A DNA stretch of 64,000 nucleotides, taken from contig OZ024749.1 in the NCBI GenBank assembly GCA_964016885.1, positions 6,014,001 through 6,078,000 on the forward strand, written 5' to 3'. This stretch comes from Eledone cirrhosa. Its lineage: Eukaryota. Shown here one piece after another: positions 1-12,439 of this stretch. The translations under genes were made by a program, and so were the position numbers. The stretch's first letter is position 1. Each line of letters begins with the position of its first letter. The notes beneath the pieces are model-generated. The model saw only the letters and a program-made list of their open reading frames with translations. It was not told the origin of the DNA and did no database searches.

Positions 1-1
1 A

Positions 2-51
2 GAAATGCAGACACTAATGTTTCTGGGTATTACCCTTCATCAGTACAGTTC
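2..51 (-). ncRNA. Type I hammerhead ribozyme motif (Penelope-type terminal repeat)
   Basis: Minus strand reads gaactgta-CTGATGA-agggt aat accc a-GAAAC-attagt-GTC-tgcatttc: canonical core, stems II and III, GUC site; stem I has one mismatch. Second copy at 22381. Confidence 0.7.
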
Positions 52-228
52 ACTGTTCACCTGCCAACTGTCTAGTTAAAATATATGAAGACTCATGAGT
101 CTTTTTGGGGGAAGTGCGGTTATACTGTCTATGTGCTTCAGCTTTGGCCTGTACACGTCGAAAGTGGGGACTTATTTTTTCAAATTCCAATCCGCCCGCC
201 CCCTTAGTCTATCTTATTTCTCATTCTT

Positions 229-264
229 TCTTCTGATGAAGGACTAGTGTCCGATACGTTAAGA
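229..264 (+). ncRNA. Degenerate minimal hammerhead motif
   Basis: tctt-CTGATGA-a ggac tagt gtcc-GATA-CGTT-aaga; GAAA is mutated to GATA; followed by a tail and (TA)n. Confidence 0.5.
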
Positions 265-351
265 CCCTCTTCTTGCTATATCAAGCGTTAACCTAATATA
301 TCCCTTCCATATATTATACCGATTGTGTTGTTATTTCTGTTCACCTTTTAC

Positions 352-394
<43 letters not shown>

Positions 395-544
395 TACTAT
401 ATATAGAGTTAAAAACTCAAACAGTCTTTTACAATTAAATAGCTCAAAGAAATATTTCCGAGCCGTGAAATGCAAATTAGCTAACTTGGTCATTTGCAAT
501 ACAAACACTTATATACTTGTATTAGTGTTTATCATATATTCATT

Positions 545-611
<67 letters not shown>

Positions 612-751
612 ATATACAAAAAGGAAGAACAGCATAATCGAAGCCAAACTAACGAATGCAGTTGGGATGTGCAGTTAAAGCACTCAATAAGGAATTTTAG
701 CTTAGAGTTATAACATTACGTTTAGACAGCTATGTAAATTGACAGATATAC

Positions 752-798
<47 letters not shown>

Positions 799-890
799 TG
801 TGTGTGTGTGTGTGTATATGTGTGTTTGTGTATATATATGTATGTGTGTGTGTGTGTATATGTGTGTTTTTGTATATATATGTATATATA

Positions 891-1200
891 TTGGCCTTGC
901 AATCGAAAGGTTGGGAGTTCAATTCTCAGACCGGGTGATGTGTTGTTTCCTTGAGCAAGACACTTTATTCCACATTGCTCCAGTTTACTCAGCTGTAGAA
1001 ATGAGATGATAGGGACTGGGGTCCTTATCATTCCACTGTAAAGTGGTCGTGGAGGTTCCACGGCAAAAAAGCACCCAGCACTCACTGTAAATGAGGTTGG
1101 TGTTAGGAAGGGCATCCAGCTGTAGAAATCAAGCCAGAATCAGTTCCCATCCCACCCTTGCAAGCAGGGAAAAGTGGACGTAAAATGAAATGATGATGAA
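891..1200 (+). mobile_element. tRNA-derived CORE-type SINE (family A), 5'-truncated
   Basis: Near-identical to the full copies at 25625 and 40395: B-box GTTCAATTC, core tccttgagcaagacacttta, RTE-like tail ending in (ATG)n. Confidence 0.85.
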
Positions 1201-1284
1201 ATGATTCATCTAAATGAGATATATAATCACTGAGAGTGCACATATATATATATACATATATATATACATATAAATATATATATA

Positions 1285-1760
1285 TCATGTAAGTATCACA
1301 ACAATAAACACCCAATCCACACTGTAAAGTTGTCATGTAGGTATCACAACAAAAAGCACCCAGTCCACACTGTAAAGTGTTCATGTAGGTGTCACAACAA
1401 AAAGCACCCAGCCCACACTGTAAAGTGGTCATGTAGGTGTGACAACAAAAAGCACCCAGCCCACACTGTAAAGTGGTTGTGTAGGTGTCACAACAAAAAG
1501 CACCCAGCCCACACTGTAAAGTGGTCATGTAGATGTGACAACAAAAAGCACTCAGCCCACACTGTAAAGTGGTCATGTAGGTGTGACAACAAAAAGCACC
1601 CAGCCCACACTGTAAAGTGGTCATGTAGGTGTCACAACAAAAAGCACCCAGTCCACACTGTCAAGTGATCATGTAGGTGTCACAACAAAAAGCACCCAGT
1701 CCACACTGTCAAGTGATCATGTAGGTGTCATGACAAAAAACAACCAGTACTCACTGTAAA
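1285..1760 (+). repeat. 48-bp minisatellite (about 10 copies) inside a SINE/RTE-tail derivative that ends near 1915
   Basis: Unit aaaaagcacccagcccacactgtaaagtggtcatgtaggtgtcacaac; the array continues into aggaagggcatcca and the acccatgctagc tail. Confidence 0.9.
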
Positions 1761-2320
1761 TGAGGTTGGCGCTAGGAAGGGCATCCACCTGTAAAGACCA
1801 AGTCAAAATCAGTTCTGTATGAACCATACATCGTCACTTCACCTGGCATTGCTCACAACAGGATAACTCATCAAACCCATGCTAGCATGAAAGAATGGAT
1901 GTTAAATGGTGATGATATATATATATATATTCACACACATATATGTGTGTGTGTGTGTGTTCATGTGTATGTGTGTGTGTGTGTACATTATTTATATATA
2001 TTTCGCGTGTGATTTAACTAAATACTATTTCTACTAATTGTTCCTGAATAAAAACAATAACAACAAAACCTTTACTCTAGTAAAGATAAAAGGAATATTC
2101 AATGAGAGAAGTGAATTGGCATAGTTTGAACATTGGATGAAATACTTTGGTGTTAGTTCCAGCTCTCTGGATTATGGTTTCATTTCTCATGGTGGCCAAA
2201 TTTGTCTTACATCCTTTTAGGACCAATAATTAAAGTACAAGATCAGTAACTGTGGATTAAGTGAGTTGGTCAAGAGTTGGACGAGATAATTTCGATGTAT
2301 CTGATCCAGCTCAGTGTGTT

Positions 2321-2548
2321 TTAACCCTTTAATGTTCAAACAGGTCAAAACCGGCCAGAATTCTCTACCTTTTTTGGTTGAAACTGGCTGTAACTGGTCA
2401 CACATACTGATGTTAAGTTATTGTTCTCAAAATAAATACTTTCAAAATCTCATAGATTCGATATTATTTGAGATAATTATGTGAGATAAAGCCTTTACCA
2501 TGAAAATATAATAGTATATATAGAGTAATGTGAATGTTAAAGGGTTAA
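2321..2548. mobile_element. piggyBac-type MITE
   Basis: TTAA-CCCTTT ... AAAGGG-TTAA termini; internal sequence shared with copies at 4534, 42599 and 57340. Confidence 0.8.
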
Positions 2549-2739
2549 GTTTAAATCTCACCATCTGTCAATGGAAAAGTGGTGCCCCTTCTGCCAGTAG
2601 AATAATCAGCAGATACAGATAGAATCAGTAATTGAAAGATCAATGGAAATTTGTTTCATTGGTCGGATGTAATGATTATCTCCATTTCTCAGTGAAAGGA
2701 CCTCCACATAATCTCTGAACTAACATGGAGACATTAGAG

Positions 2740-3014
2740 CAGAGGTGTGCAACATATTCCATTGGCGGGTCACTTCTGAACATTGGAACAACTATTAGGG
2801 CCATTAATATTTATTAAGCACTATTCCAAAGATTCAGCACAACTTCTTCCCATAACATGGAACTGGGAAATTATAACACACATAACCCTATCAGTGAAGC
2901 CCTTTAGTATAGGTCAACTAACAGAAAATTGTATTACAGTTACGAAAAAAATTCTAAATAAGTCTACAAGGAGGGGTGGATTGGGGCCTGTGGGTCATCT
3001 GTTGCACACCCCTG
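2740..3014. mobile_element. hAT-type MITE
   Basis: TIRs cagaggtgtgcaac / gttgcacacccctg with a perfect 8-bp TSD CATTAGAG (2732-2739 and 3015-3022). Confidence 0.85.
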
Positions 3015-4012
3015 CATTAGAGCATAGGACAGAACAATCTGCAATATTCCTTCCATCCCTATGAGTTCCGAATTCAAATACAGCCAAGCCCAACTTTGCC
3101 TAACATCCTTTTAGGGGTTGATAATTGAAGTACCTGTCAACCATCAAGTCTGATTTCTCCTCTCTACATCACCTCTAATTTGGCATCAGCTATGTGTTGG
3201 GGCCAAGAAAAAAGCACAAACAACTCAGCTCCACACTCAATCCTTTCACTACTGTGTGACAACAAATTGACTGAAAGACTCAACTAATCAATAAAGAACC
3301 AAATATAGTAGCCAAAAGTTCCTTAAATCAAAACATTCTGTCATGATTTAGTAGAAAATATCTAAAAATACTGTATTTCCCAGCATCAAAGACGTTACTT
3401 TTCTCTGAAAATAAGTCTCAACAATCTACCATGTGTCCTGAAGGCCGAAGGTTGTTTATTATTTTTTTTTCAAATTTTCGGTTGTCAAAATTAGGGTGCA
3501 TCCTCAAGGACGAACAGTCTTCGGCACTAGGAAATGCGATAGGTCTGTTATAATAATTCAAAGTTAAATAATATATTTGTATGTATGCATGGTCCCATAA
3601 CTCCTGATAGAGTGATAGGGGCACGCCACATTGACGTAAAGCATTTCTTGGGAATTTTAAGCATGGTGGAGCTCATCCCTCTCCAGGTCTGACTACAGCA
3701 GATTTCTTCCAGAGAAAGATAAAGTGACAGAGAGGAAATGAGAAAAAGATATAGAGAAAGGATGGACCCCAATACTACACCGGTACGTTATTGTATCGAC
3801 CTCGGTAGCATGAAAGACAGAGTTGACCTCAGTGAGATTTGAACTGAGCGAGCAGAGAGCTGGAACACATATTGCAAAGCATTCCATCTGACGTTCTAAC
3901 AACTCTGCCAATTTGCCGACTATAAATAGTATCTTTACTAATGGTTGTAAAAATGTTTCACTAGATATTAATTAAAAGGGGTTGAGGTTAAGCTAGAGGT
4001 AATGATACACAT

Positions 4013-4395
4013 GGTGGATTGGCAGTATTGGTAGAGGGTCGGACGCCATGCTTTGACGTATAGAGTTACGGCCCTTGCCTTTCTGAGTTCAAATCCCGCC
4101 AAGGTTAACTTTGTCTTTCATCCTTACGGGGTCGATAAAATAAAGTACCAGTAATGCACTGGATAATTGCTGGCCTTGTGCCTAACGTAGAAACATTTAT
4201 TATTAGTGGATTGGCAGTATCGGTAGAGGGTCGGACGCCATGCTTTGACGTACAGAGTTACAGCCCTTGCCATCCTGAGATCAAATCCCGCCGAGGTTAA
4301 CTTTGCCTTTCATCCTTACGGGGTCGATAAAATAAAGTACCAGTAATGCACTGGATAATAGCTGGCTTTGTGCCAAAAGTAGAAACAATTATTAT
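4013..4395 (+). mobile_element. Two tandem copies of tRNA-derived SINE family B (Nin/Deu-like central domain)
   Basis: tggattggcagtatcggtagag ... gagttcaaatcccgcc (B box) ... ctttgcctttcatccttacggggtcgataaaataaagtaccag ... gtagaaacaattatt, repeated twice. Confidence 0.85.
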
Positions 4396-4533
4396 TAATT
4401 AAGTCTTAACATTCTGTAATTATGCTACAGAAAATATCTAAAGATAGGTTTGTAAATTTATATATTTAGAGTATTTTTACTAATGGAGAGACTGTTGTGA
4501 AAATCTGCAGAATTAGACTAAGTCGATTAACCA

Positions 4534-6116
4534 TTAACCCTTTAGCATTTACATTACTCTATATATACTATTGTATTTTCATTGTAAAGGCTTTATCTCA
4601 CATAAATATCTCACATAACATTTACATTACTCTATATATACTATTGTATTTTCACGGTAAAGGCTTTATCTCACATAAATATCTCACATAACATTTTCAT
4701 TACTCTATATATACTATTGTATTTTCACGGTAAAGGCTTTATCTCACATTATTATCTCACATAACATTTTCATTACTCTATATATACTATTGTATTTTCA
4801 CAGTAAAGGCTTTACCTCACATAACATTTACATTACTCTATATATACTATTGTAATTTCACGGTAAAAGCTCTATCTCACATAAATATCTCACATAAGTT
4901 ATACCTTACTCTATATACACTATTGTATTTTCATGGTAAAGGCTTTACCTCTCATAATATCTCACATAACATTTACATTACTCTATATATACTATTGTAT
5001 TTTCACAGTAAAGGCTTTACCTCACATAATATCTTACATAACATTTACATTACTCTAAATATACTATTGTATTTTCACAGTTAAGGCTTTACTTCACATA
5101 ATATCTCACATAACATTTACATTACTCTATATATAGTATTGTATATTCACGGTAAAGGCTTTACCTCACATACTATCTCACATAACATTTACATAACTCT
5201 ATATATACTATTGTATTTTCACAGTAAAGGATTTACCTCACATAATTATCTCACAAAACATTTACAATACTCTATATTTACTATTGTATATTCACGGTAA
5301 AGGCTTTACCTCACATAATATCTCACATAACATTTACATTACTCTATATATACTATTGTATTTTCACGGTTAAGGCTTTATCTCACATAATATCTCACAT
5401 AACATTTACATTTCTCTATATATACTATTGTATTTTCACGGTAAAGGCTTTACCTCGCATAATATCTCACATAACATTTACATTACTCTATAGATACTAT
5501 TGTATTTTCACGGTAAAGGCTTTACCTCACATAATATCTCACATAACATTTACATTACTCTATATATACTATTGTATTTTCACGGTAAAGGCTTTATCTC
5601 ACATAATATCTCACATAACATTTACATTTCTCTATATATACTATTGTATTTTCACGGTAAAGGCTTTACCTCGCATAATATCTCACATAACATTTACATT
5701 ACTCTATATATACTATTGTATTTTCACGGTAAAGGCTTTACCTCACATAATATCTCACATAACATTTACATTACTCTATATACACTATTGTATTTTCACA
5801 GTAAAGGCTTTACCTCACATAATATCTCACATAACATTTACATTACTCTATATATACTATTGTATATTTACAGTAAAGGCTTTACCTCACATAATATCTC
5901 ACATAACATTTACATTACTCTATATATACTATTGTATTTTCACGGTAAAGGCTTTACCTCACATAATATCTCACATAATATCGAATCTATGAGATTTGGA
6001 TTTTATTTATTTTGAGAACATTATCTTAGTATGGGCCACCAGTTAAGGCCGGTTTGAACAGAAAGAGGTGAAATAATTCTGGCCAGATACGGGCAGTTTA
6101 AATGCTAAAGGGTTAA
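4534..6116. mobile_element. piggyBac-type MITE expanded by an internal 72-bp satellite (about 20 copies)
   Basis: TIRs ttaaccctttagcattta / taaatgctaaagggttaa; the 72-bp unit (cataacatttacattactctatatatactattgtattttcacggtaaaggctttacctcacataatatctca) repeats across 4545-5980. Confidence 0.88.
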
Positions 6117-6213
6117 TGTGATTCAATCAAAACAGTGTCTTCTACTTTTCAAGAATATTTTGGTAATGTGGTTTCATGTGGTACAGGACGTAAGGTGTTA
6201 AAGTACATGTTAC

Positions 6214-6293
6214 CTTTGATTTCTGTAATCTTTAAAAATCACCATTGTTTGAAGGAACAAAACTAAGGAAAATAACACAGACAAAGCAACCAT
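6214..6293 (-). CDS. Candidate first coding exon of a host gene (exon 6214-6447): signal peptide/anchor MVALSVLFSLVLFLQTMVIFKDYRNQ
   Basis: Polypyrimidine acceptor ttttcaactctcag| before 6447, donor AAG|gtaaca after 6214, Kozak ccagccATGG at 6293, hydrophobic stretch, non-repetitive sequence. In-frame upstream ATGs exist. Gene identity unknown. Confidence 0.5.
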
Positions 6294-6599
6294 GGCTGGA
6301 ATCTCTTTCATGTGCAAAACAAACACCAACAACAACATCAATACCAAAAAACCATGATGATGGTGGTGGAGCCATAATGGAGGGGAGAGCAATGATATGG
6401 CCTACATACAATGAAAGAAAGCAATGTAGACCTGTGCTGATAAATATCTGAGAGTTGAAAATGAGGCGAAAATTGATAAGGAAAAAAAAACAATATATAT
6501 ATATATAGTATTAATTATACTATTTATGGTTATGTAAATACAAAAACCTTTTGCAGTTATATATATTTTTTTATACAAACCCTAAATAGTGGTAGGCAG

Positions 6600-6810
6600 T
6601 AATATATTACTACCTTATTACCAGTAAGTTAAGTAGCTCAATGTAAAAACATCAGATGATTTACAGAGCAGTTATATGAAATATAAGAATCAAAGAACTG
6701 TTCAAAACATTTTTGTGCTTACAACTGTTTCCTCCAAACCTCGGTTTCGATGAAAAATTTGTAAGCACAAAAATGTTTTGAACAGTTCTTTGATTCTTAT
6801 ATTTCATATA
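6600..6810. mobile_element. Palindromic Penelope-type terminal-repeat mini-element
   Basis: 52-bp perfect inverted arms (6673-6724 / 6759-6810); the minus strand carries the hammerhead 3' half GAAACAG-TTGTA; one-sided tail; abuts (TA)n. Confidence 0.6.
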
Positions 6811-6830
6811 TATATATATATATAGATATT

Positions 6831-6867
<37 letters not shown>

Positions 6868-6993
6868 GTATATATATATATGTATATATTTTAAATATGT
6901 ATATATATGTATCTATTATAAATATATATATATATATGTAAATATTATAAATATATATATATGTGTATATATTATAAAAATATATATATTTTT

Positions 6994-7038
<45 letters not shown>

Positions 7039-7046
7039 GATACACA

Positions 7047-7101
<55 letters not shown>

Positions 7102-7514
7102 ATGTGTGTATAATATATGTATATTTATAATTATATATGTACATATACAAATAAATAAATAAATAAATATATATATATATATATAAAATATATATAAAAT
7201 AAATGACTGAACAAGAAAGAAAAGACTAAAAGGGAAGGAAAAAAAACAGACAGTGAAACTGAAAAGATTTATTTAGTGGTAGTGTGTGATATTTAAGACA
7301 TATATATGAGATTATACAAAATATCATTAGCCTTAATTAAATAAAGATATATTCTAGTGAATTCTATGATATCAGATATAACTACACTGGTATACAGAAG
7401 AATGAAAGAAACCAATGATATCATCATCATTAGCATCATCAAAGTAATTAGGAGTCCAATAAAAATAAGATGGGAAATTATTTATACATAAATGTATGCA
7501 CACACACATACATG

Positions 7515-7575
<61 letters not shown>

Positions 7576-7610
7576 GTAAAGAAGTTATAGATGTTATATA
7601 TACATATATA

Positions 7611-7678
<68 letters not shown>

Positions 7679-7742
7679 TATATATATACATATATATAAA
7701 TATATATAGCGTGGAAGAACGGACATAAAATGGTGATGACGA

Positions 7743-7784
<42 letters not shown>

Positions 7785-7804
7785 AATGCACATTACTATA
7801 TAAC

Positions 7805-7851
<47 letters not shown>

Positions 7852-7959
7852 TATATATGTGTGTCTCCATATATATATATAGCAAAACTATGTTTTCCAT
7901 TATCAGAACTTGTATCTGCATCTTGTCTTGCTGATAATGTAAATCGTGTGCTATTGTCA

Positions 7960-8345
7960 ATAATTGTTTCTACTTTTGGCACAAGGCCAGCAAATACCCA
8001 GTGCATTACTGGTACTTTATTTTATCGACCCCGTAAAGATGAAAGGCAAAGTTAACCTCGGCGGGATTTGAACTCAGAATGTCAAGGGCCGTAACTCTAT
8101 GCATCCGACCTTCCACCGATACTGGCAATCCACCATTATTGTCAATAATGCTATACAGGTGGTGGATTGGCAGTATCGGTAGAGGGTCGGACGCCATGCT
8201 TTCCAGCATAGTTACGTCCCTTTATGATCTGAGTTCAAATCTTGCCGAGGTTGACTTTGCCTTTCATCATTACGGGGTCGATAAAATAAAGTACCAGTAA
8301 TGCACTGGTTAATTGCTGGCCTTGTGCCTAAAGTAGAAACAATTA
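7960..8345. mobile_element. Head-to-head pair of family B SINEs (minus 7960-8135, plus 8160-8345)
   Basis: Two oppositely oriented copies separated by about 25 bp; attgtcaataat occurs at both ends and in the middle. Confidence 0.85.
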
Positions 8346-8532
8346 TTGTCAATAATGCTTATGGAACTGGCAGTTATTTTATTCTATTACTAAGCTATGT
8401 ATCAAAATAAATACATTACATCTATATTTACATATCATTCGCTCAGTCTAACTATCTCTCTCTGTATATATATATGTACATATATATGAAAAAGAACACA
8501 AGAGCGTCTACAACATCAAAAGATTTTTATTG

Positions 8533-8580
8533 GCTAACAATGTTTCTTCCTTACTTGTAACCGTAGGTTTCATCAGAGCT
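8533..8580 (-). ncRNA. Hammerhead-like motif
   Basis: gct-CTGATGA-aacctacggttacaagtaaggaa-GAAAC-att-GTT-agc followed by AATAAA; in a short insert between (TA)n tracts. Confidence 0.5.
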
Positions 8581-8679
8581 ATAAAAGGGGTTTGATTGGT
8601 GTTATGGACTCTACCAACCAAATATGTACATATATGTACAAATATGTACATATATGTACATATATATATATATATATAT

Positions 8680-9152
8680 CTTTGGCGCTACACAGTAATA
8701 CAGAAGACCCGCCTTACCTAAGTACAAAGTGAAACCTACTACAATCAGTAAGCATCTCTAACAAAAATACACCCCGTCCCACTACCACCACCCCATCCAC
8801 ACCACCTCTTTCAACGTAAAGTTATGTTGATACCACAACATTCAGCCCGAAACAAATGAGGTCGTGTAGGTGTCACAACAAAAAAACACAGAGTCCACGC
8901 TGTAATGTAGCCGTGTAGGTAACACGGTAAAAACCTCCCAGTTCCACACTGTAAACGTGGTTGATGTTAGGAAGGGCTGGGAGGTTTTTACCGTGTTGCC
9001 TACACGGCCACATTTACAGCGTGGACTGTGTGTTTTTTTTGTCGTGACGCCTACACGATCTCATTTGTTTCGGCCTGGATTTTGTGGCACCAACATAACT
9101 TTACATTGAAAGGGGCGGTGTGGATGGGGTGGGGGTGGTGGGACGGGGGTGT
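8680..9152. mobile_element. Two RTE 3'-UTR fragments fused tail-to-tail
   Basis: 8680-8976 matches the RTE 3' region in plus orientation and 8977-9152 matches it in minus orientation (compare 30990-31190). Confidence 0.8.
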
Positions 9153-9754
9153 ATATATATATATATATTATATAGTTCAAGGAGACAACAAAAAGTTTAT
9201 TCATTTCACACTTTATATTGAAAAGAGGAAAGAAAGTTGGATGTATCAGGCTTATGTCCTTCTTCATGAGTACAAAAGAGAGAGGATCACAAAGGAGAAA
9301 CAGAAAAAGGGCCCGAGTAAAGAAAAAAATCGAAAATGAAGAATGAAAACAAGACAAACCATTAGGTAGTCATGGTAATGAGTTGGAATACAAAGACGAG
9401 TGTGTGTGTGTATTAGTGTTGATAGATGTGGATATGTAAGTGTATGTTTAAATGTGTATGATCTTTAAAAGTATATGTACATATATATATAAATATATGG
9501 TATGGTGCAAGATAGACGTTAAATGATTATGATGATGATGATGATATATATATCGACAGTCAATCGACTTTCGTCAAATTGGACCAAGGAAAAAATGTTT
9601 CTGTTAGTCTTTCCAATTGCTAATACTATCTATCGGTCGCAACTCCAGGTAGAAGGAGCAACGTGAAATAAAGTGTCTTGCTCAAGGACATAACGCATCG
9701 CCCGGTCCAGGAATCAAACTTCTCTTACCACTCAGCCACACAGCTTCACAAATA

Positions 9755-9817
<63 letters not shown>

Positions 9818-9820
<3 letters not shown>

Positions 9821-10241
9821 AAAGTTCAATTTAAATTGTTGGGATACAACAAGTAAATATTTTTATAACTGATATAAAGCACTCGACAAATTTTTGGAGT
9901 AGATATACGATATTAACAAATGGAAACTATATTTATAAAACCATATTTATTTCATTATACATATTTCAGGGATACCACATTAAATTATGGTATGCCTTCA
10001 TCAGATAAAATACAATATATAACAGTTTTACAAATAGGTTTGACGTACCCTTTAAAATACAACCATTACTATCCAGACAGATAGTAATGGTTGTATTTTA
10101 AAAGGTACGTCAAACCTATTTGTAAAACTGTTATATATTGTGTTTTATCTGATGAAGGCATACCATAATTTAATGTGGTATCCCTGAAATATGTATAATG
10201 AAATAAATATGGTTTTATAAATATAGTTTCCATTTATTAAT

Positions 10242-10250
<9 letters not shown>
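9818..10250. mobile_element. Palindromic Penelope-type mini-element with two outward-facing hammerhead-like motifs
   Basis: Arms of about 168 bp (9903-10072 / 10081-10248) around an 8-nt spacer; each arm has CTGATGA-stem-GAAA-TATG-TA; 85-bp one-sided tail; (TA)n on both sides. Relatives near 17020, 20543 and 39975. Confidence 0.75.
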
Positions 10251-10299
<49 letters not shown>

Positions 10300-10309
10300 T
10301 ATATATATA

Positions 10310-10683
10310 GTCAGTAGGCACCTCTTAACCAAAATACAACCCCATCCCACTAACCCTACCCCCACCCCCATCAACACCACACCTTCTCTGTAAAGTTATG
10401 TTGGTACCACAACATCCAGTCCTAAATAAAGGAGGTCGTGTAGGTGTCACGACAAAAAAAACACACAGTCCACGCTGTAATGTGGCCGTGTAGGTAACAC
10501 GGTAAAAACCTCCCAGTCCACACTGTAAACATGGGTGGTGTTAGGAAGGGCATCCAGCCGTAGAAAACCTGCCAGACAGTCCTACACGAGCAAGACAACC
10601 AATCTTGCCTCAAGTGGGACAATTCCCGTCTAAACCCATGCTAGCGTGGGAGATACGTCGTTAAACGATGATGATGATGATGA
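10310..10683 (+). mobile_element. RTE LINE 3' end (UTR and (ATG)n tail)
   Basis: Homologous to the reverse complement of 30811-31180; inserted in (TA)n. Confidence 0.85.
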
Positions 10684-10909
10684 TATATATATAGTGTTTA
10701 ATGATAGGGAATAAAAGCCCCCACACTGCAAGAAAAATGGGTATCATTCATTTTTTATCTGTCATGGTGGCTTATACACTCTGTTATTAGATTAGTTTCT
10801 ATAGTAAAAATGTGCTGAAAGCTTCTAAGTCAATTTTAAAATTTTTAATCGGTGTTGTATTCTAAACACAATCGCTTATATAAATATGTGTGTGTGTATA
10901 TATGTGTGA

Positions 10910-10956
<47 letters not shown>

Positions 10957-11022
10957 TATTTATATAAGCGATTGTATATATATATATATATGTATGTATG
11001 TATATATATATATATGTGTATG

Positions 11023-11058
<36 letters not shown>

Positions 11059-11104
11059 TGTATGTATATATGTATGTGTATATGTATGTGTATATATATG
11101 TATG

Positions 11105-11163
<59 letters not shown>

Positions 11164-11203
11164 GTATGTATATATATATATATATATAAATATATATATG
11201 TAT

Positions 11204-11234
<31 letters not shown>

Positions 11235-11864
11235 AATATATATATGTATGTATATATATATATATATATATAAATATATATATGTATATAAATATATATA
11301 TGTATGTATATATATATATATATGTATATACATATATATAAATAAATATATAAATATATATATATATATATATCGTTTCTGAATTTATTTATATATATAT
11401 ATATATATATAAATAAATATATATATGTATGTATATATATAGTGTCTCTTTTTTTTCTCCTGGACCTATATATTATTCATTATATTACCGTTGAAGCGAG
11501 GTTTTTATTAAGTTCTCTCCTAAAGGCTTTGTATAAATAGTATTTATGTGGAGTTGTTTCGGAGCATTTTGGAAATTAAATTGAAAAGATTTAAAAGTCA
11601 TAACAATGCAAATTTAATACAACAAAGAGCTATTATTTTCCTTTTTTACCTTTTAAATTTCGACAGCTGATGACCCTTAAGGTAATTTATATTATAATAA
11701 ATGTACAGCCTTTTTTGTCTGACTGTCACACAGAAATATTACAATCTGTCAAAAATGTTTTAGAATTTTTATTTACAATTCAAGGAACACAAATGTAAGA
11801 AAACATGGTGAGGTGACCAATTCTTCTACAATGATTTTATTCATTCTTTCAACGATGTTTCTGT

Positions 11865-12182
11865 CTGCCTGTCTCTCTTTCTCTCTCCCCCCCCCTCTCT
11901 CTCGTTCTCCCCCTTTTTCTCTATATTTCTCTCTCTCCCTCTTTCTCTATCTTACTCTCTCTCTCTCTCTCCCTATCCTTCTCTATCTCTCTTTCTCTCA
12001 CACTCTCTCTCCCCATCTCTCTCTCTCCCTCCCTATCCTTCTCTCTCTCTCCCTGCTCTCTCTCTCCATATATCTCTCTTTCTCTCCCCCCCTCTCTCTA
12101 TATATGTATCCCTCTCTCTCCCTATTTATCCCTCTCTCTCTCTCTATCTATCTCTCTCTCTATCTCTCCCTCTCTCTCTCTC
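11865..12182. repeat. Degenerate (CT)n microsatellite
   Basis: Direct inspection. Confidence 0.9.
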
Positions 12183-12439
12183 ATTTAATCCTAATCTGCA
12201 AGTGCTCCAGCTGTTCAACTGACTTTGACATCGTATTTATTAAATTATCAAACTTAAGGGCTCATTATTGCACAGACCTTTGCCCCCATAACACAATTGT
12301 TGGAGGAGGAATTCCATGTAACACAGTATATGACAAAGCTGACAATTTGAATTACAGGTATGTCTATCCAATGGGCTTCCAAACAGTCTCCATCTACAAA
12401 ATATTATCCACAACACTTGAGTCAACTTGCAGCTATGAT

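Noticed and set aside
3590-3712. Next minus-strand exon downstream of 6214
   Set aside because: A pyrimidine tract is present, but the first AG gives an immediate stop in the required phase and there is no good donor; it adjoins a probable DNA-transposon relic (3370-3520).
12202-12357. Plus-strand exon after the (CT)n tract with donor CAG|GTATGT
   Set aside because: The pyrimidine tract is a microsatellite, the donor borders a SINE relic, and the peptide is unrecognisable.
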